Assembly: GCA_977020255.1 (NCBI GenBank)
Contig: CDROCS010001822.1
Coordinates: 124,001-188,000 of the forward strand
DNA length: 64,000 bases
Direction: 5' to 3'
Source of the DNA: Obrimoposthia wandeli
Taxonomy: Eukaryota
The translations under genes and the position numbers were made by a program. This document shows, in pieces, positions 38,738-51,867 of this stretch; positions within the stretch are counted from its first letter, which is position 1; each line of letters starts with the position of its first letter. The notes below the pieces were generated by a model. It ran no database searches. It was not told the DNA's origin and saw nothing but the letters and a program-made list of their open reading frames with translations.

Positions 38738-41700
38738 AATAATAAGCATAAAACCATCTTAGAATAAATTTACGTGGTGTTCAGGAAATTTGTGTTATTT
38801 TAAAGAATTAACAGGGTGTTGGTTTCAGAAGAGGAAATTAGAGGAGTTTAGAAGCAAATTTAAGCATATATATTAAAAATTTAGAAGGATTTTAGAAGGG
38901 AAAATGTCATAGAGGTGATATTACCCAGATGGTTCTGGAAGATAAATTTAAGATATTTTGTTGATTATGAAGTAATTTCAGGAAATTTATGATGTTTAGA
39001 GGATATAGAAAACGGAAATTTGTGATATTTATAAGATTTAACGGGAGTATTGCTTTAAGAAAAGTAAAAATATAGGCTTAAAATGGGTTTACAGGGGAAT
39101 TTAATGGAGGTGTTTGTTTCAGAAGAGAAAATATAACCTGTAAAGGGGTTCAGAGGGGGATTTAAGATGTTTCAGAAGAGGGAATTAATGGGTTTTAGAA
39201 GCAAATTTAAGCATAGATATTAACAATTTCGCAAAAGTTTAAAAGGGAAAATGATATAGAAGACAAATTATCAACTCATAGAGGATATTAGATAGTTGCT
39301 TCTAGATGCTTCTCCAAGAGAAATTTATGAAACGTAGGTGGTTAAGAACTAATTTCAGGAAATTTGCGATATTTATATGCTTTTAGAAGAGAAATTTATG
39401 ATATGTAGATGGTTAAGAAGTAATTGCAGGAAATTATTTAAGATATATAGGAAAGAAAATTAACAAGGTGTTCAGGAAATTTGAATATGTAGATGATTAA
39501 GAAGATAATTTAAGGTTAAAGTATATATAATTAGCTAATTTCCTATCCTTAAAGCTTTCAACCTTCACATTATTTTTTCTTCTAAATCTCTCTACCACCA
39601 CGAAATTATCCTCTTCTTAAATCCCATATTACTCTTCTATCCTTAGAGGAGATATTATGGATTATTTTATGATATTCTAAGATAACATTACCCAAATCCC
39701 CATCTTTATCAATATTTATATCATAAAGATGGAATACATAAATATATAAATTCGAATCAATAATGTAGCTATAACTTACTCTAACAACTTACACTATTAA
39801 GTCATAGTAATTTAGGTAAAGATAATCAGAGTATTAGTGTTCAAGCTGTTAGGGTAATTTTGAAAAATCAGTTTCCTCATACTTGATAATTGATTTATAA
39901 TATATCTCTGAAATTGATCTAAGACCATTGAAGTATCAGTTATATCTAAATATTCTGTCATTATTTGATCATTTTTATATAAATGCATTCCCGCTGAAGC
40001 CAATAAGTTATATCTAATGTCTGCTAAATAACGAATCTCTGAAATTGATGAGTTAGAAATTATTACGTATTATAGGAAAATAGCTAAACCGGTCCTAAAG
40101 TGAATTATTAATAGACATATCAATATATGAGAGAAAGTTATGATATTTAGCTTGTTCTAGAAGAGACATTAATGATAAGATCAGGAAATTTATGATATCT
40201 AATCCGGCTCTAAAGTGATTTATTGCTAGGCTTATATCGATATTTGAGGGAAATTTATTATATTTGGATGTATGTAGAGGATAAATTAATTATATATTCA
40301 GGAAATTAATGACATTTAGGTAGTTCCAGAGGAGATATTAATGATATGATCAGGAAATCAATGATATTTATGTGTTTCTGAAGGCAAAATTAATGATATA
40401 TTCGGGAAATTAATGATATGCTCAGGAAATCTATGATATTTAGGTAATTCCAAAGATGAAATTCATGATATATTCAGAAAATTAATGATATCCTCAGGAA
40501 ATTGATGTTATCTAATCCGATCCAAATGGTTTATTGATAGGATTATATTAATATTTGAGGGAAATCAATGATATTTAGATAGTTCCAAGGGTTAAATTAA
40601 TGACATATTCGTGACATTAATGAAATCGTCAGGGTATTTATGATATTTATATGGTTCTAAAGACGAAATTAATGATATATTCAAGAAATTAAAGATTTCT
40701 CTAGGAAATTTACAATATTTAGATGCTTCTAGAGGATAAATTTAGGAAACAGCATACATTGATGGAGTGTGTATTTGATTCAGTTTAATAGTCTTATTGA
40801 AAATTTAGTCCATATGGCGATATCAGAGACTGTTGTCCGATCAATAACTTCTACCAAAATGTAATCAATATGGTTGAGAAAGTATGATAATGAATCTCTT
40901 TATATGACTTTATTGGATGTAACTGCAGATGTGTTTACATCAAGATTACCACCGAGGATAGAACTTATCAATATCTTCTATATTCCAAGTAAGATATTAT
41001 CATAGGATTGCACGCGCTTTCATGTCCTTACAGCTGGAATATACTATGGAATTGATCCCGGGATGATGTTTGAAGAAGGTATTTGCGGGAGAAGGACATT
41101 TATCAACCAACATTACTAACTCTGAGGGTGATTCTATTTTAATAATCTCAATTTTCACCAGTTGGAGATTCACCCGGGTAATAAATTAATTAGATGGAAG
41201 AAGATGAAAGTATTCCGAATGAATTACATGATAAACTTATAAATCTTAGAAAATAATATTGGAAAACTTTATTATACAAAGAAGACTGCTTTCATTATTT
41301 TGTTTACAAGATGTTACAGTAGGGAAATTAATGATATTTAGGCATTTCTAGAAGAAACATTAATGATATATCTAGGAAATTTACGATATTCTGATGGTTC
41401 TATAAGAGAAAGTAATAAAATGTTCAGGAAATCTATGATATTTAAGTGATTCTAAAAGAGAAATGTATGATATCTTCGGGAAATCAACGATATTTAGGTG
41501 ATTCTAGAGGCGAAATTATTGATATATTCAGGAAATTTATGATATTTAGATAGAGGAGAAATTATTGATATGTTCATCCAATGATATATTTAGAAGGTTC
41601 TAGGAGGATCCCATTGAACGTTTAACTCATTATTCAAAGAAGTACCTTCGGATTACTTCAGATGTAGCCTAAAATAGATTTCATACATAGAAGATAATTC

Positions 41701-41960
41701 CGCATAAAGGGGAACTAAGGATTTTGATTATTATAAGTCAATTTAGATGATTAGAGAATAATCTCCTGGTAATTAGGTAAATCTCGTTGTAGTTAGGGAA
41801 ATCTTGTGGAAGTTGAGAGGTTTAAGGAGGAAAATAACGTGGTAGTTAAGATAATATCGTGGTAGTTAGGGAAATCTCGTGATAGTTGAGTGGTTTAAAA
41901 AGAGGAAAATAACGTGGATGTTAAAAGGTTTAAGAGGAAAAATATAACAAGTATTAGAGT
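38300..41960. repeat. Degenerate satellite-like region (core CAGGAAAT(T/C)(T/A)ATGATAT) with interspersed unique segments
   Basis: Many diverged copies of ttcaggaaatttatgatatttag...tctagagg. Confidence 0.6.
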
Positions 41961-42097
41961 TTAAGGAGAGAATAGCATAGAAACATGTAGTATTTAAACT
42001 GATAATAATTTATAAGGGTTAAACATAGTACCACTATTAAATGCCTCATTTATCAAAGCAGACAAAATGAAGGATATTTTTTTAAATAACAGACATC

Positions 42098-42407
42098 ATT
42101 TAGCTTTCTTTTGATATCAATTTTGATTGTTGAAATATTCTACATTGCAGTTGTTTAACTTTAAACATTTTGTTGTAAAACCTAAGATATTAAGACTTAT
42201 AATATTTGAGTTAGATGATTAGGTGAGGGTGTAAAAGGAAAATATTGGAAATTTAGCTTTCTTTTGATATCAATTTTGATTGTTGAAATATTCTACATTG
42301 CAGTTGTTTAACTTTAAACATTTTGTTGTAAAAACTAAGATATTAAGACTTATAATATTTGAGTTAGATGATTAGGTGAGGGTGTAAAAGGAAAATATTG
42401 GAAATTT
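42098..42407. repeat. 153-bp tandem duplication
   Basis: atttagctttcttttgatatc...ggaaaatattggaa starts at 42098 and again at 42251. Confidence 0.92.
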
Positions 42408-44040
42408 TATAAGAATGAATCTAATAATCAATAAATCGAGATATATGTATCCATTACTAACATGTCTATCGTTTCATGAATCTTCTTTCAAAAACTTTCA
42501 ACCCCAACTTTCAGAGAAATCACCAAATACCATAAATTCATATATTACCATAGATACATATTGATTATTGAAAAACTGAAATTATCAATATTATTATTAA
42601 CATCCAGTCTCACTATCATCAAACAGCATAAAGTCGCTGATAATAGGAATAATGATATTTCTAATATGTCATTGAGATTTAGAGTATAAATTGGAGTAAT
42701 ATAGCAAATTATGGAGAAGACTTAGATGTTTTGAAAGTTAAATTGATTTTTATACAAGGCCACATACAATTCATTATAACAGACGGTATAAGTTGTTACT
42801 TTATTGAATTAATAAGGAAAGATTATTGTTCATTACTAAAAAAGTATAGTGGGAACATTAATTTAATATAATACAAATTGTCCGACAAAAAATTGGAGAG
42901 GCTATTACCTAGAACTGTATAATTTAGTGTGCACTTTCAACTAATAAACGTTTTAATGATTTCTCAAAAATTGATTTCAAAAGTCGTGCATCAATATCTT
43001 CATCGATATGGAATTCCAGGGCTATATTTTGTTTAAAAACATTTTTTCTTAAAAATATTAACAATGAAAAAATGAATGTTGCTTGTGTTAGGATTAGGTT
43101 TTATTAAAATTAATTAAAATAATTAAACTATTTATATTAAAATAAAAATCCTTGAAAGCAAGGTTATAAATTAGGATAAATTAATTATAAGAATTAAATT
43201 CATGAAAATAAAAGTAGTGGGAAAATATTAGGGACCACGAAGGTCGTGTGTGGTGCGTAAATATATATAGGAGTTTGAATCTATTAAAAGGGCCCCCAAA
43301 AACAAGAATCCATTTAGAAATCGAAGAAGTTAAGTAAACGAAGGAGAAATTAAACGAAGGAGAAATTAGAAAATTATAAGCTAGAAGGAAATCAACCAGG
43401 AAGCCTCCATTAGAAGCCTCCATTAATCGGGACACCCGTCTAGAGCATTAGCACTTAGCTAAGTATACAACGAAGAAGCTAGAAGAAAATCACCCAGGAA
43501 GCCTCCCTTAGAAGCCTCCATTAACCGGAACAACCGTCTGGAAAATTAGCACTTAGCTAAGTGCACGTCACGGAAAACACTCAGCGTCGGGCCAACGCCG
43601 AGAAACAGATTTTCACTCATCGATAACATTCGCGCTAGTGGAGAATTCGCTGAACAAGTCTGGAAAACACTTAGCGTCAGAGGTAGAATTTCTATAAATA
43701 AAATAAAACTAAACCGCTCGTTTAGTACGAGTACACGACAGTCCGAAATCAACGAAAAAACCAAGAGCTCAGCGAATTCCGGCGACCATTACGACAGCAA
43801 CCAATCTTCAGAAGCAGGTGAGCAGAATCCAGGTTCGGAAAATCGATTAGAGTTAACCACATTATTTGCAGAAGGCACACGGAACCGGGAGATCAATTCA
43901 GCTTAAACTCCGGAAGAGTGATTGAACGCGACAACATTTGGGCAGGATCGACGCCAGCTATCCAAGCTAGTAGTCCTCGGCATCACACTAAGGACGTGGA
44001 TCGGAATTTGCAGCAATTCCACTATTGGTAAGACGAAGGG

Positions 44041-45117
44041 AAATTGGTAATTTAAATTGAAAGAAAACATAATTGTCCCTCTGAATTTATTGAATTGATA
44101 ATTTAAATTGGTAATTTAAATTGAAAGAAAACATAATTGTCCCTCTGAATTTATTGAATAGATAATTTAAATTGGTGATTTGAATTGAAAGAAAACATAT
44201 TGTCCCTCTGAATTTATTGAATTGATAATTTAAATTGGTAATTTAAATTGAAAGAAAACATAATTGTCCCTCTGAATTTATTGAATTGATAATTTAAATT
44301 GGTAATTTAAATTGAAAGAAAACATAATTGTCCCTCTGAATTTATTGAATAGATAATTTAAATTGGTAATTTAAATTGAAAGAAAACATAATTGTCCCTC
44401 TGAATTTATTGAATAGATAATTTAAATTGGTGATTTGAATTGAAAGAAAACATATTGTCCCTCTGAATTTATTGAATTGATAATTTAAATTGGTAATTTA
44501 AATTGAAAGAAAACATATTGTCCCTCTGAATTTATTGAATTGATAATTTAAATTGGTAATTTAAATTGAAAGAAAACATAATTGTCCCTCTGAATTTATT
44601 GAATTGATAATTTAAATTGGTAATTTAAATTGAAAGAAAACATAATTGTCCCTCTGAATTTATTGAATTGATAATTTAAATTGGTAATTTAAATTGAAAG
44701 AAAACATAATTGTCCCTCTGAATTTATTGAATAGATAATTTAAATTGGTAATTTAAATTGAAAGAAAACATAATTGTCCCTCTGAATTTATTGAATAGAT
44801 AATTTAAATTGGTGATTTGAATTGAAAGAAAACATATTGTCCCTCTGAATTTATTGAATTGATAATTTAAATTGGTAATTTAAATTGAAAGAAAACATAT
44901 TGTCCCTCTGAATTTATTGAATTGATAATTTAAATTGGTAATTTAAATTGAAAGAAAACATAATTGTCCCTCTGAATTTATTGAATTGATAATTTAAATT
45001 GGTAATTTAAATTGAAAGAAAACATAATTGTCCCTCTGAATTTATTGAATAGATAATTTAAATTGGTGATTTGAATTGAAAGAAAACATATTGTCCCTCT
45101 GAATTTATTGAATTGAA
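44041..45117 (+). repeat. 63/64-bp tandem repeat, about 17 copies, inside the solo LTR
   Basis: Unit AAATTGGTAATTTAAATTGAAAGAAAACATAATTGTCCCTCTGAATTTATTGAATTGATAATTT, with a recurring variant (GTGA...TTGAA...CATATT). Confidence 0.95.
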
Positions 45118-45328
45118 AAATCTAAATAATTTGTGTATTAACATCAAGTTTTTGTATTGATTTGAAGAATCTAAATAATTTGCGTATTGTTATCAAGTTT
45201 TTGGATTGAATTGAAAAGTCTAAATAATTTGCGTATTGATATCAAGTTTTTGTATTGAATTGAAAAGTCTAAATAATTTGCGTATTGATATTAAAGTTTT
45301 TGTATTGAATTGAAAAGTCTAAATAAAG
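45118..45328 (+). repeat. ~49-bp tandem repeat, 4 copies, inside the solo LTR
   Basis: Unit AAGTCTAAATAATTTGCGTATTGATATCAAGTTTTTGTATTGAATTGAA. Confidence 0.9.
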
Positions 45329-47468
45329 TTCACAGTGTTTAGATAGAGTTTTCGTGTACGGAATTGTAAAAGACAAAGTGTTAAGTCTATATTAGATAAA
45401 GTGAGAAAAGACCCTCTAAACTTAACCCATAAATTGCCCATATTTTTTAGAGAAATAACTCTCTAACTCGACCATATTTTACCATAGTTTGAGCAACGAG
45501 CTTAACCCTCAATCCCTAATTTAGAGCAAACATCTCTTAAAAAACCTATCACTTTCACCTTGCCACGTTTAGAGTAAAGACTCTAGCGACCAACCAACCC
45601 TAAACTTAAAATCGATACGTGTTTCATCCCCACTTCTTGTAGAGACTTACAGAAGTCCTTTAGGAATTTTGTCATACTTTTTAGAAATACGTACATAAAC
45701 GTATTGTTGTGTTAGTTACGTGAATTACAAATAAACAATTTCCTACATTAGAACAAGTTGTTTTTGCACCCTTCAGACTAAGAGACATCAAATCAAATAC
45801 CTTCAGATAGTACAAGAGATTAGGCAACCATAACACTAAGTAGGCCACAACCATCACTAAGACCTGCTTCTAATCGAACTCACGTTGGGGCCCTCCGCAC
45901 AGTCAAGAGGCTCTATACCAAGTTTCGTATAGAAACCCCAACACTTGTGAGTTCATTGCTTATTATTGGGCTAAATTTTGGTTTACCTGCCGATACCAGA
46001 AAGATTTAAATTGGAATGAATTAGGAGATATTTTGAAATTGAAATATCAAACTATGTACAATTGTATATAAATACATTGAAAGAATAATACATTTTTATA
46101 TTTATTTATTTTTAGTTCAATGCCTCTTAACATTACTTACACAAATGAAAACTATTATGACATATTATATTCTTTGAAAGTCTTTTTGTTATTTAATTTT
46201 TGACTAATAAACCTAATTTTTAATGTAAAATAATATTTATGTGATGGTGGGTGACTGTATTAAACTTAACGTATAAATTAAATAAGCATACCATTAGGAA
46301 TCTTGTTTAAAATGCCATTTACTTTTTGTAATTTTAAGTGTCGCAATTTATATGTTATCAGATGGTTCTTCAGTGTTTCTGTGGCGACAATTATGGTGAA
46401 AAAATCGATCCAATATTTAGAAAAAGAATATGTAGGTGGGTAATGTACATGTCCCAGTCAGTTAATGACAAGAGTGCTACTTATCTTTTTGGGTTATTGC
46501 CAAATTTTAGTTTTATTGGGATATATTGGACTTTAACCTCAATTGGAAAATCCAAATTTACTCTTAACTTTATTCAGATAAGCTGATTCTATTTCGAAGT
46601 TCGGAACTAATCAACAGTGAAAATTAATCTGTTTTAAATTTCAACGAGTTTCTTGTATGATATTCTATATATGATATTTATTTAGCTTGTGTTGTGATTT
46701 TTTAAAGTAATATTTGAGGTCCTCAGATTTTAGTTTTACACTCTGAAAATAATTAAATGATACACAATAAAAAGACTTCTCTATTTATCTATTGACTCAA
46801 CAACTATTTGGTATCTGATTTTATTTATATCAAGCGTTGTGCAGATTTATATGAATGACTAGTAGACATAAAATCTCATTTTATTTATTGTTCATTAGAA
46901 ATGTCTTTCTTTAAATAAAATGTTAAAACGCTGACCGACAAAACTTCACTTCACTTTATTATTACAAAGTACAACATCAAAATCACTGCTTTACAAAACA
47001 ACTACAACATCACAAAATGTCTGGTTATTTTGATAACTTCAGATTGGATAATAAGTTCTCAAATAACAATCTGATTTTGGGATATTTGAAATTTATTTTC
47101 GAAATATTTACAACAATTCTCCGACGAATACAAGACACTATAAAAAACTTTACGATTAAGAAGATAATACCAAAATTAATGGAAAACAGGAAGGTCTTTT
47201 TATTGACAATAAGAGAAGATTGGAACGAACCAATAGAAATCTTAAAGAATGACATTGGTTTAAAATATCGGAGCAAAGATGTCAGAGAAATATTTATTTT
47301 ATTAATACAATGACTGCTATTTGCCTGATACGAGACGAACAACCAACCATCAAGCAGTAAGTTCAGCAAATCATCATTCTTCAAATATGAAAATGTACTT
47401 TTTTCTACATGTATAAAGCATCTACTGCAATACAAAAGACTTTCCACAAAATATCTTAAAACTGTGTC

Positions 47469-48953
47469 ATGAAGACGAAGCTGATCATAATTTTTTACGT
47501 GATTACGTTCTCCTGGGGATATTTGCCGGACTACAAGGAGCACTATCAGCCGGGAGATATATTGATAGCCGGCCTACTGCCGATTAGAGTCACGTGTCCT
47601 GGATTCTCCACAAACATGTTCCCGTTCGTAATCGGATTTCAATCCGGCATCGATGCCGTGAATGCCGATAACAGTCTCATCTTCCGTAGACTCAACATCA
47701 CCCTCGGTTACGTTCTGATGGACACCTGTTCCGACGAGTCTCGCAGCCTGGGCTTCTCCAAATATCTGGTTCCCCACGACTATCCAAGCCGCGAACAGTG
47801 CGACTCGTTCAATCAGCTTGGCGACTATCAGAGGTGCTCCCGGGATTTTGCAGTTCGCTCCTACTCCGTGGTTGGAGTTATCGGAGCGGTTTTCAGTCGT
47901 GTGACCCTGCTTCTGTCAAAGTACCTCAGAAACTTCCAGATCCCTCTACTGACCGCCCAATCGACTTCTGACGATCTCACCGACAAAATCGCTAATCCGA
48001 CTTTGTTGCGTTTAGTCGGATCCGACAAGTTTCAAGCCGGCGCCATTTACGATATCATCGAGAAGTTGACAATTCGGCACGTTGCAGTAGTGTACACTGG
48101 GGACTCATATGGCAACAGTTTGCTGAAGTTTTTCAAAGACAAAGTCAACGATAACAGGTCTATTTGTATCGCACAGACAGTGAATTTGCTTAACAATGAC
48201 AATCTCGACCAGGAAATCCAAAACCTATTGGCTTCCAAAGATTATCTGACTTACATAGTATATTTCAGTGAGTGGAACAGTTATTTCCTCTCGAAATTAA
48301 TCGATAGATACTTCATCTATATCGGGTCAGACGCCACATTCGGAATACCAGACCAATTCGGGAGGTTGACTCTGAATTTCATCACTCTTAACCTGGCACT
48401 GAACGCAGACTCTGAAGCTACTACAATTTATAATTCCCTGAATCTCAGCAACGGCCAGAAATATCCATTCTTCAAGGATCTCTGGCGAATGGAGTTCAAT
48501 TGCTGCTATCCAGAAGACGTGAATTGTACCAACAGCCCCTGTGACAGTTACTTGACAATGATGAAAAACAAATCCGACATAATCAATTTTCAGAGACTGA
48601 GAGATGCTGTGAAAATATACGGCTATGCAATCACAAAGTACGTGGAGCAAATCCAAAATTTGGAAAGTTTGGATAAAAGAAAAATCTTCAAGAACATTGC
48701 TGGAGCTCAGCTATATCAAGAAATGTTGAAGACGACTTTTCAGGGTTCGGATGGACAGATCAAGTTCAATGAAATCGGAGATTCTGACCCAATCTACGCA
48801 GTACTGCAGCAGAAAACGCAAACAGAAATCCAAAAGATCGGAATCTGGTCACTCAGGGAGGGATTGCAGCTTTCAGAAGAAATTTCCCAAGCCAAAATGG
48901 TGACTGGACTGAATCCAAAGAAAGAGTGCATTATGGAGTGCGGACCTTTTCAG
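47469..48953 (+). CDS. Class C GPCR (mGluR/taste-receptor-like), exon 1: signal peptide and Venus flytrap domain
   Basis: GDILIAGLLP, NITLGYVLMDTC, VVGVIGAVFSRV, QIPLL..STSDDL.DK, SDKFQA, GDSYG; phase-0 donor CAG|GTTTGA at 48953/48954. Confidence 0.92.
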
Positions 48954-51150
48954 GTTTGAGCTGGAATTTTATTTTTTTCAAGTTTCTTTTGTTTGTTATT
49001 GATTCTAATTGTGGGGTTAGTTTTTATAACATTTTTAATGCACAATTAGTGTAAAGAAATTTGTAACTACCTTTAACCGACCAATTTAATTATTGCTAAA
49101 TTATTCATAAAAAGAAAAATAAATATTAAAAATGATTTCTTGTTCAATTGATATGCTTCTTTAAGTTACTTAAAAATTCTAAACATAAAACTCTTTAAAA
49201 ATTATTTGTTAATTAAATACATTTCTAACAAAATGAATTCAAAAGCATTAAAATTTTAACCAGTTTTATTTATCTGAAAAATAGTATAACTTAATATACA
49301 AAGCTATAGAAAATAACACTATCCAAAAACATTAGTTTGAAATTTCGACAATTTAAGAGAATTTAAACATAATTAATTTGATATTTTAGTTTAATTATTT
49401 TTCACTTTTTAAAGTATTGAGCGACTATGAATCATAAAAAATGATATATTATAAATATTTACCTTAATTTTATTTTTCAGAAGTTCCTAGTTATTTTTAT
49501 TGTAAATATTTGATAAATAAAAATAGAAATAGGAATAAATTATGAATTTTTATTTTTTCTTATGTCACAAATTTATTTCGATTTTTTATAACCTAAAAGT
49601 CAAGGTGAAATAAATATAAACAAAGATCACATTGTTTATCTGTGACTACGGGTTCACAAACAAGCTTTCATATATAAGTCACATGATTAAATATGCAGTT
49701 ATTTCTTTGCTATATTAAAAATTAATATAACAGCAATGTTCATAATTGTTTTTATTAGATTGTTTCTTTCATTTTAAATTGATAATATGGCACATTGTGT
49801 AAATGTGCCTTATGTAATTCTTAAATAACATGTAATTATAAAAGTTTAAATAAGTACATGATTTTTTGAGTTTTAAAATTGATATAATTTTTGCATTAAC
49901 TTTAGGAATTGAAACATTATTTTATTCTTAGTCATATCAAGGTCACACGATAAAATGAACCTTTGAATTTGTTTACAAGGTAGTAATCCCAACTGGACTG
50001 ATATAAATATTAAGTAGATAATCGTTATAATATGTCATTTTATCATTCCAAACTGTAAAATCTAAGAAGTTTTGATAAAATATCAAAATAATTTTGTTTA
50101 TAAGCTCATAAATAGTCAAAATTTCAAATAAAATTGAATTTGAAAGAAAAAATCTACAATTAAACATGAATATTATATAAATCAGTTTAGCTAATTTTAC
50201 TATATGACGTTTATAAAATTAAGGGTTTTTAAAAATACTGAAGTTAAAAATAATTTTTGTAACATTTGTTTAATTTACAAATTTTATAGCTTCTAAAATA
50301 GTTTATTTTATGTTCACTCTAAATTGCTTTTCATTATTTTAAAATCGTATTTTTATAGAAATTAACAAACTCTAAACAATAATTATAATCATTTCTCAAC
50401 TTTTTTCTCGTAGTTAGCAAATTTTAGGCATACATTTATTGTCAATTTTATATTATTAACCTATAAAATTATCATGAAAAATATTGCGATTTTTTCATTA
50501 ATAAAAAACTTTATTTTGGGACAATTTAAAATCTTACCTGCAACAAAAATAATAATAAAAAATGAGAAAATAAATACTATTGACAAAAATTGCAATAAAT
50601 TTTTTATTTAATTTTTATTAAAATTAGACAATTTTGTCATGTATCTTTACACAAATAGACTTTGTGCCGGTAACAAGCAATTGCAGTGTTCACTAAAAAT
50701 TGTTTTAAACTAAGATCTTTTCTGAGAACGACAAGCGTATAACCAGGTTCAGCTGTTTGGTACGCTTCAAATGGTGTACTTTCCGAAGTTATGCAGTGTA
50801 TGGAGTGTTGAAAGATCGCTTATTTCAATACGACATCATATTTGATATATTTTTTGCATGGAGCATTAAAATTATGTTTTTCTTAATTTTCATATTGCAA
50901 TTGGTAATGGTAGAAAACATTACACCACAATTTAAACCAATATGAATTGCAGTAAATTTTAAATTTCTTAATTTCATAAACGAGGAGAAATACGATTTTC
51001 GATGTCAATTAAAATTCAAACATTAAAACATCATTAAATTTTGATATTCATTCTATTATATTATTTTATAACACATGTACAAGCAACAATACACACGTAG
51101 TGACATTATAAACACTATTCAATCCTATGAGTTAATTATCCCCATTGTAG

Positions 51151-51420
51151 GTGCGGTCACAACTGTCCACTTGCTGTCTGCTCTGTCGAAATTGTGACTT
51201 GAACGAGGTCGTATCCACAGATCGGTTGCGCTGTCTTGCATGTCCATCGCTGTCGTGGCCACGCCCGAACTCACTCGAGTGTGTTCCGATCGAAGTCGAG
51301 TTTATTCAGTGGTCTTCTTGGCTTTCCATCATCATCTGTCTTCTTGTTGGCCTTGGAACAGCAGCAAATGCTGTTGTGCTCTTCATCTACGTCAGCCGCA
51401 GGCAGAGCCGACTTCTTAAG
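51151..51420 (+). CDS. Class C GPCR exon 2: cysteine-rich domain and TM1
   Basis: Acceptor TTGTAG|; VRSQLSTCCLLCRNC...CLACPSLSWP...C; TM1; donor AAG|GTCAGT. Confidence 0.9.
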
Positions 51421-51594
51421 GTCAGTGACTGACAGCCAACATCAATAATTTTCATGGTGAATTAAGAAGGAAAATGATGTTATTTTGCCGTTATTAAATA
51501 ATAAAATCAAATATTACTCATTATAAAATGCATACCGTCTTTATCCTTGTATAAACTTCTCCCCTGAAAACAGCAAATGTCCAATGTTCTGCAG

Positions 51595-51867
51595 GCCAGC
51601 TCATTCGAGAGCAGTCTAGTCACTTGTTTGGCCATCTTCGTGACATACTGGAGCATGGTATTCTCACTAGGAACTCCCACCAACGAGAAGTGTGTTCTGC
51701 AGTCTTTCCTATCGGGTTGGTCACTCGGAGTTGTCTACACGAGCACTCTAATGAAGACCTTCCGTATCCATAGACTATTTACATCTGGAGCCAAAGGCGC
51801 TAAGAACCTCAGATTCACCTCCAATCGGTTCCTGCTCATTGCTACAAGTGTCATCGTTTGCCTAGAC
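51595..51867 (+). CDS. Class C GPCR exon 3: TM2-TM3 and start of TM4; remaining exons not found in the window
   Basis: Acceptor TTCTGCAG|; LLK|ASSFES matches the VKASGRE motif; LMKTFRIHRLF matches LTKTNRIARIF; donor GAC|GTGAGT. Confidence 0.88.

Larger units (their letters stand above)
43086..45943 (+). mobile_element. Solo LTR (2,858 bp) of a sister subfamily of the giant element
   Basis: TGTTAGG...CCCCAACA with TSD CTTG (43082-43085, 45944-45947). The last ~335 bp and parts of the first ~180 bp align with the giant element LTR. Confidence 0.94.

Noticed and set aside
39780-42900. Patches that look like decayed minus-strand coding sequence among the satellite-like repeats
   Set aside because: All frames are broken and I could not match any motif to a family.
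47017-47543. ORFs just upstream of or antisense to the GPCR start
   Set aside because: No homology; consistent with AT-rich UTR or promoter sequence.
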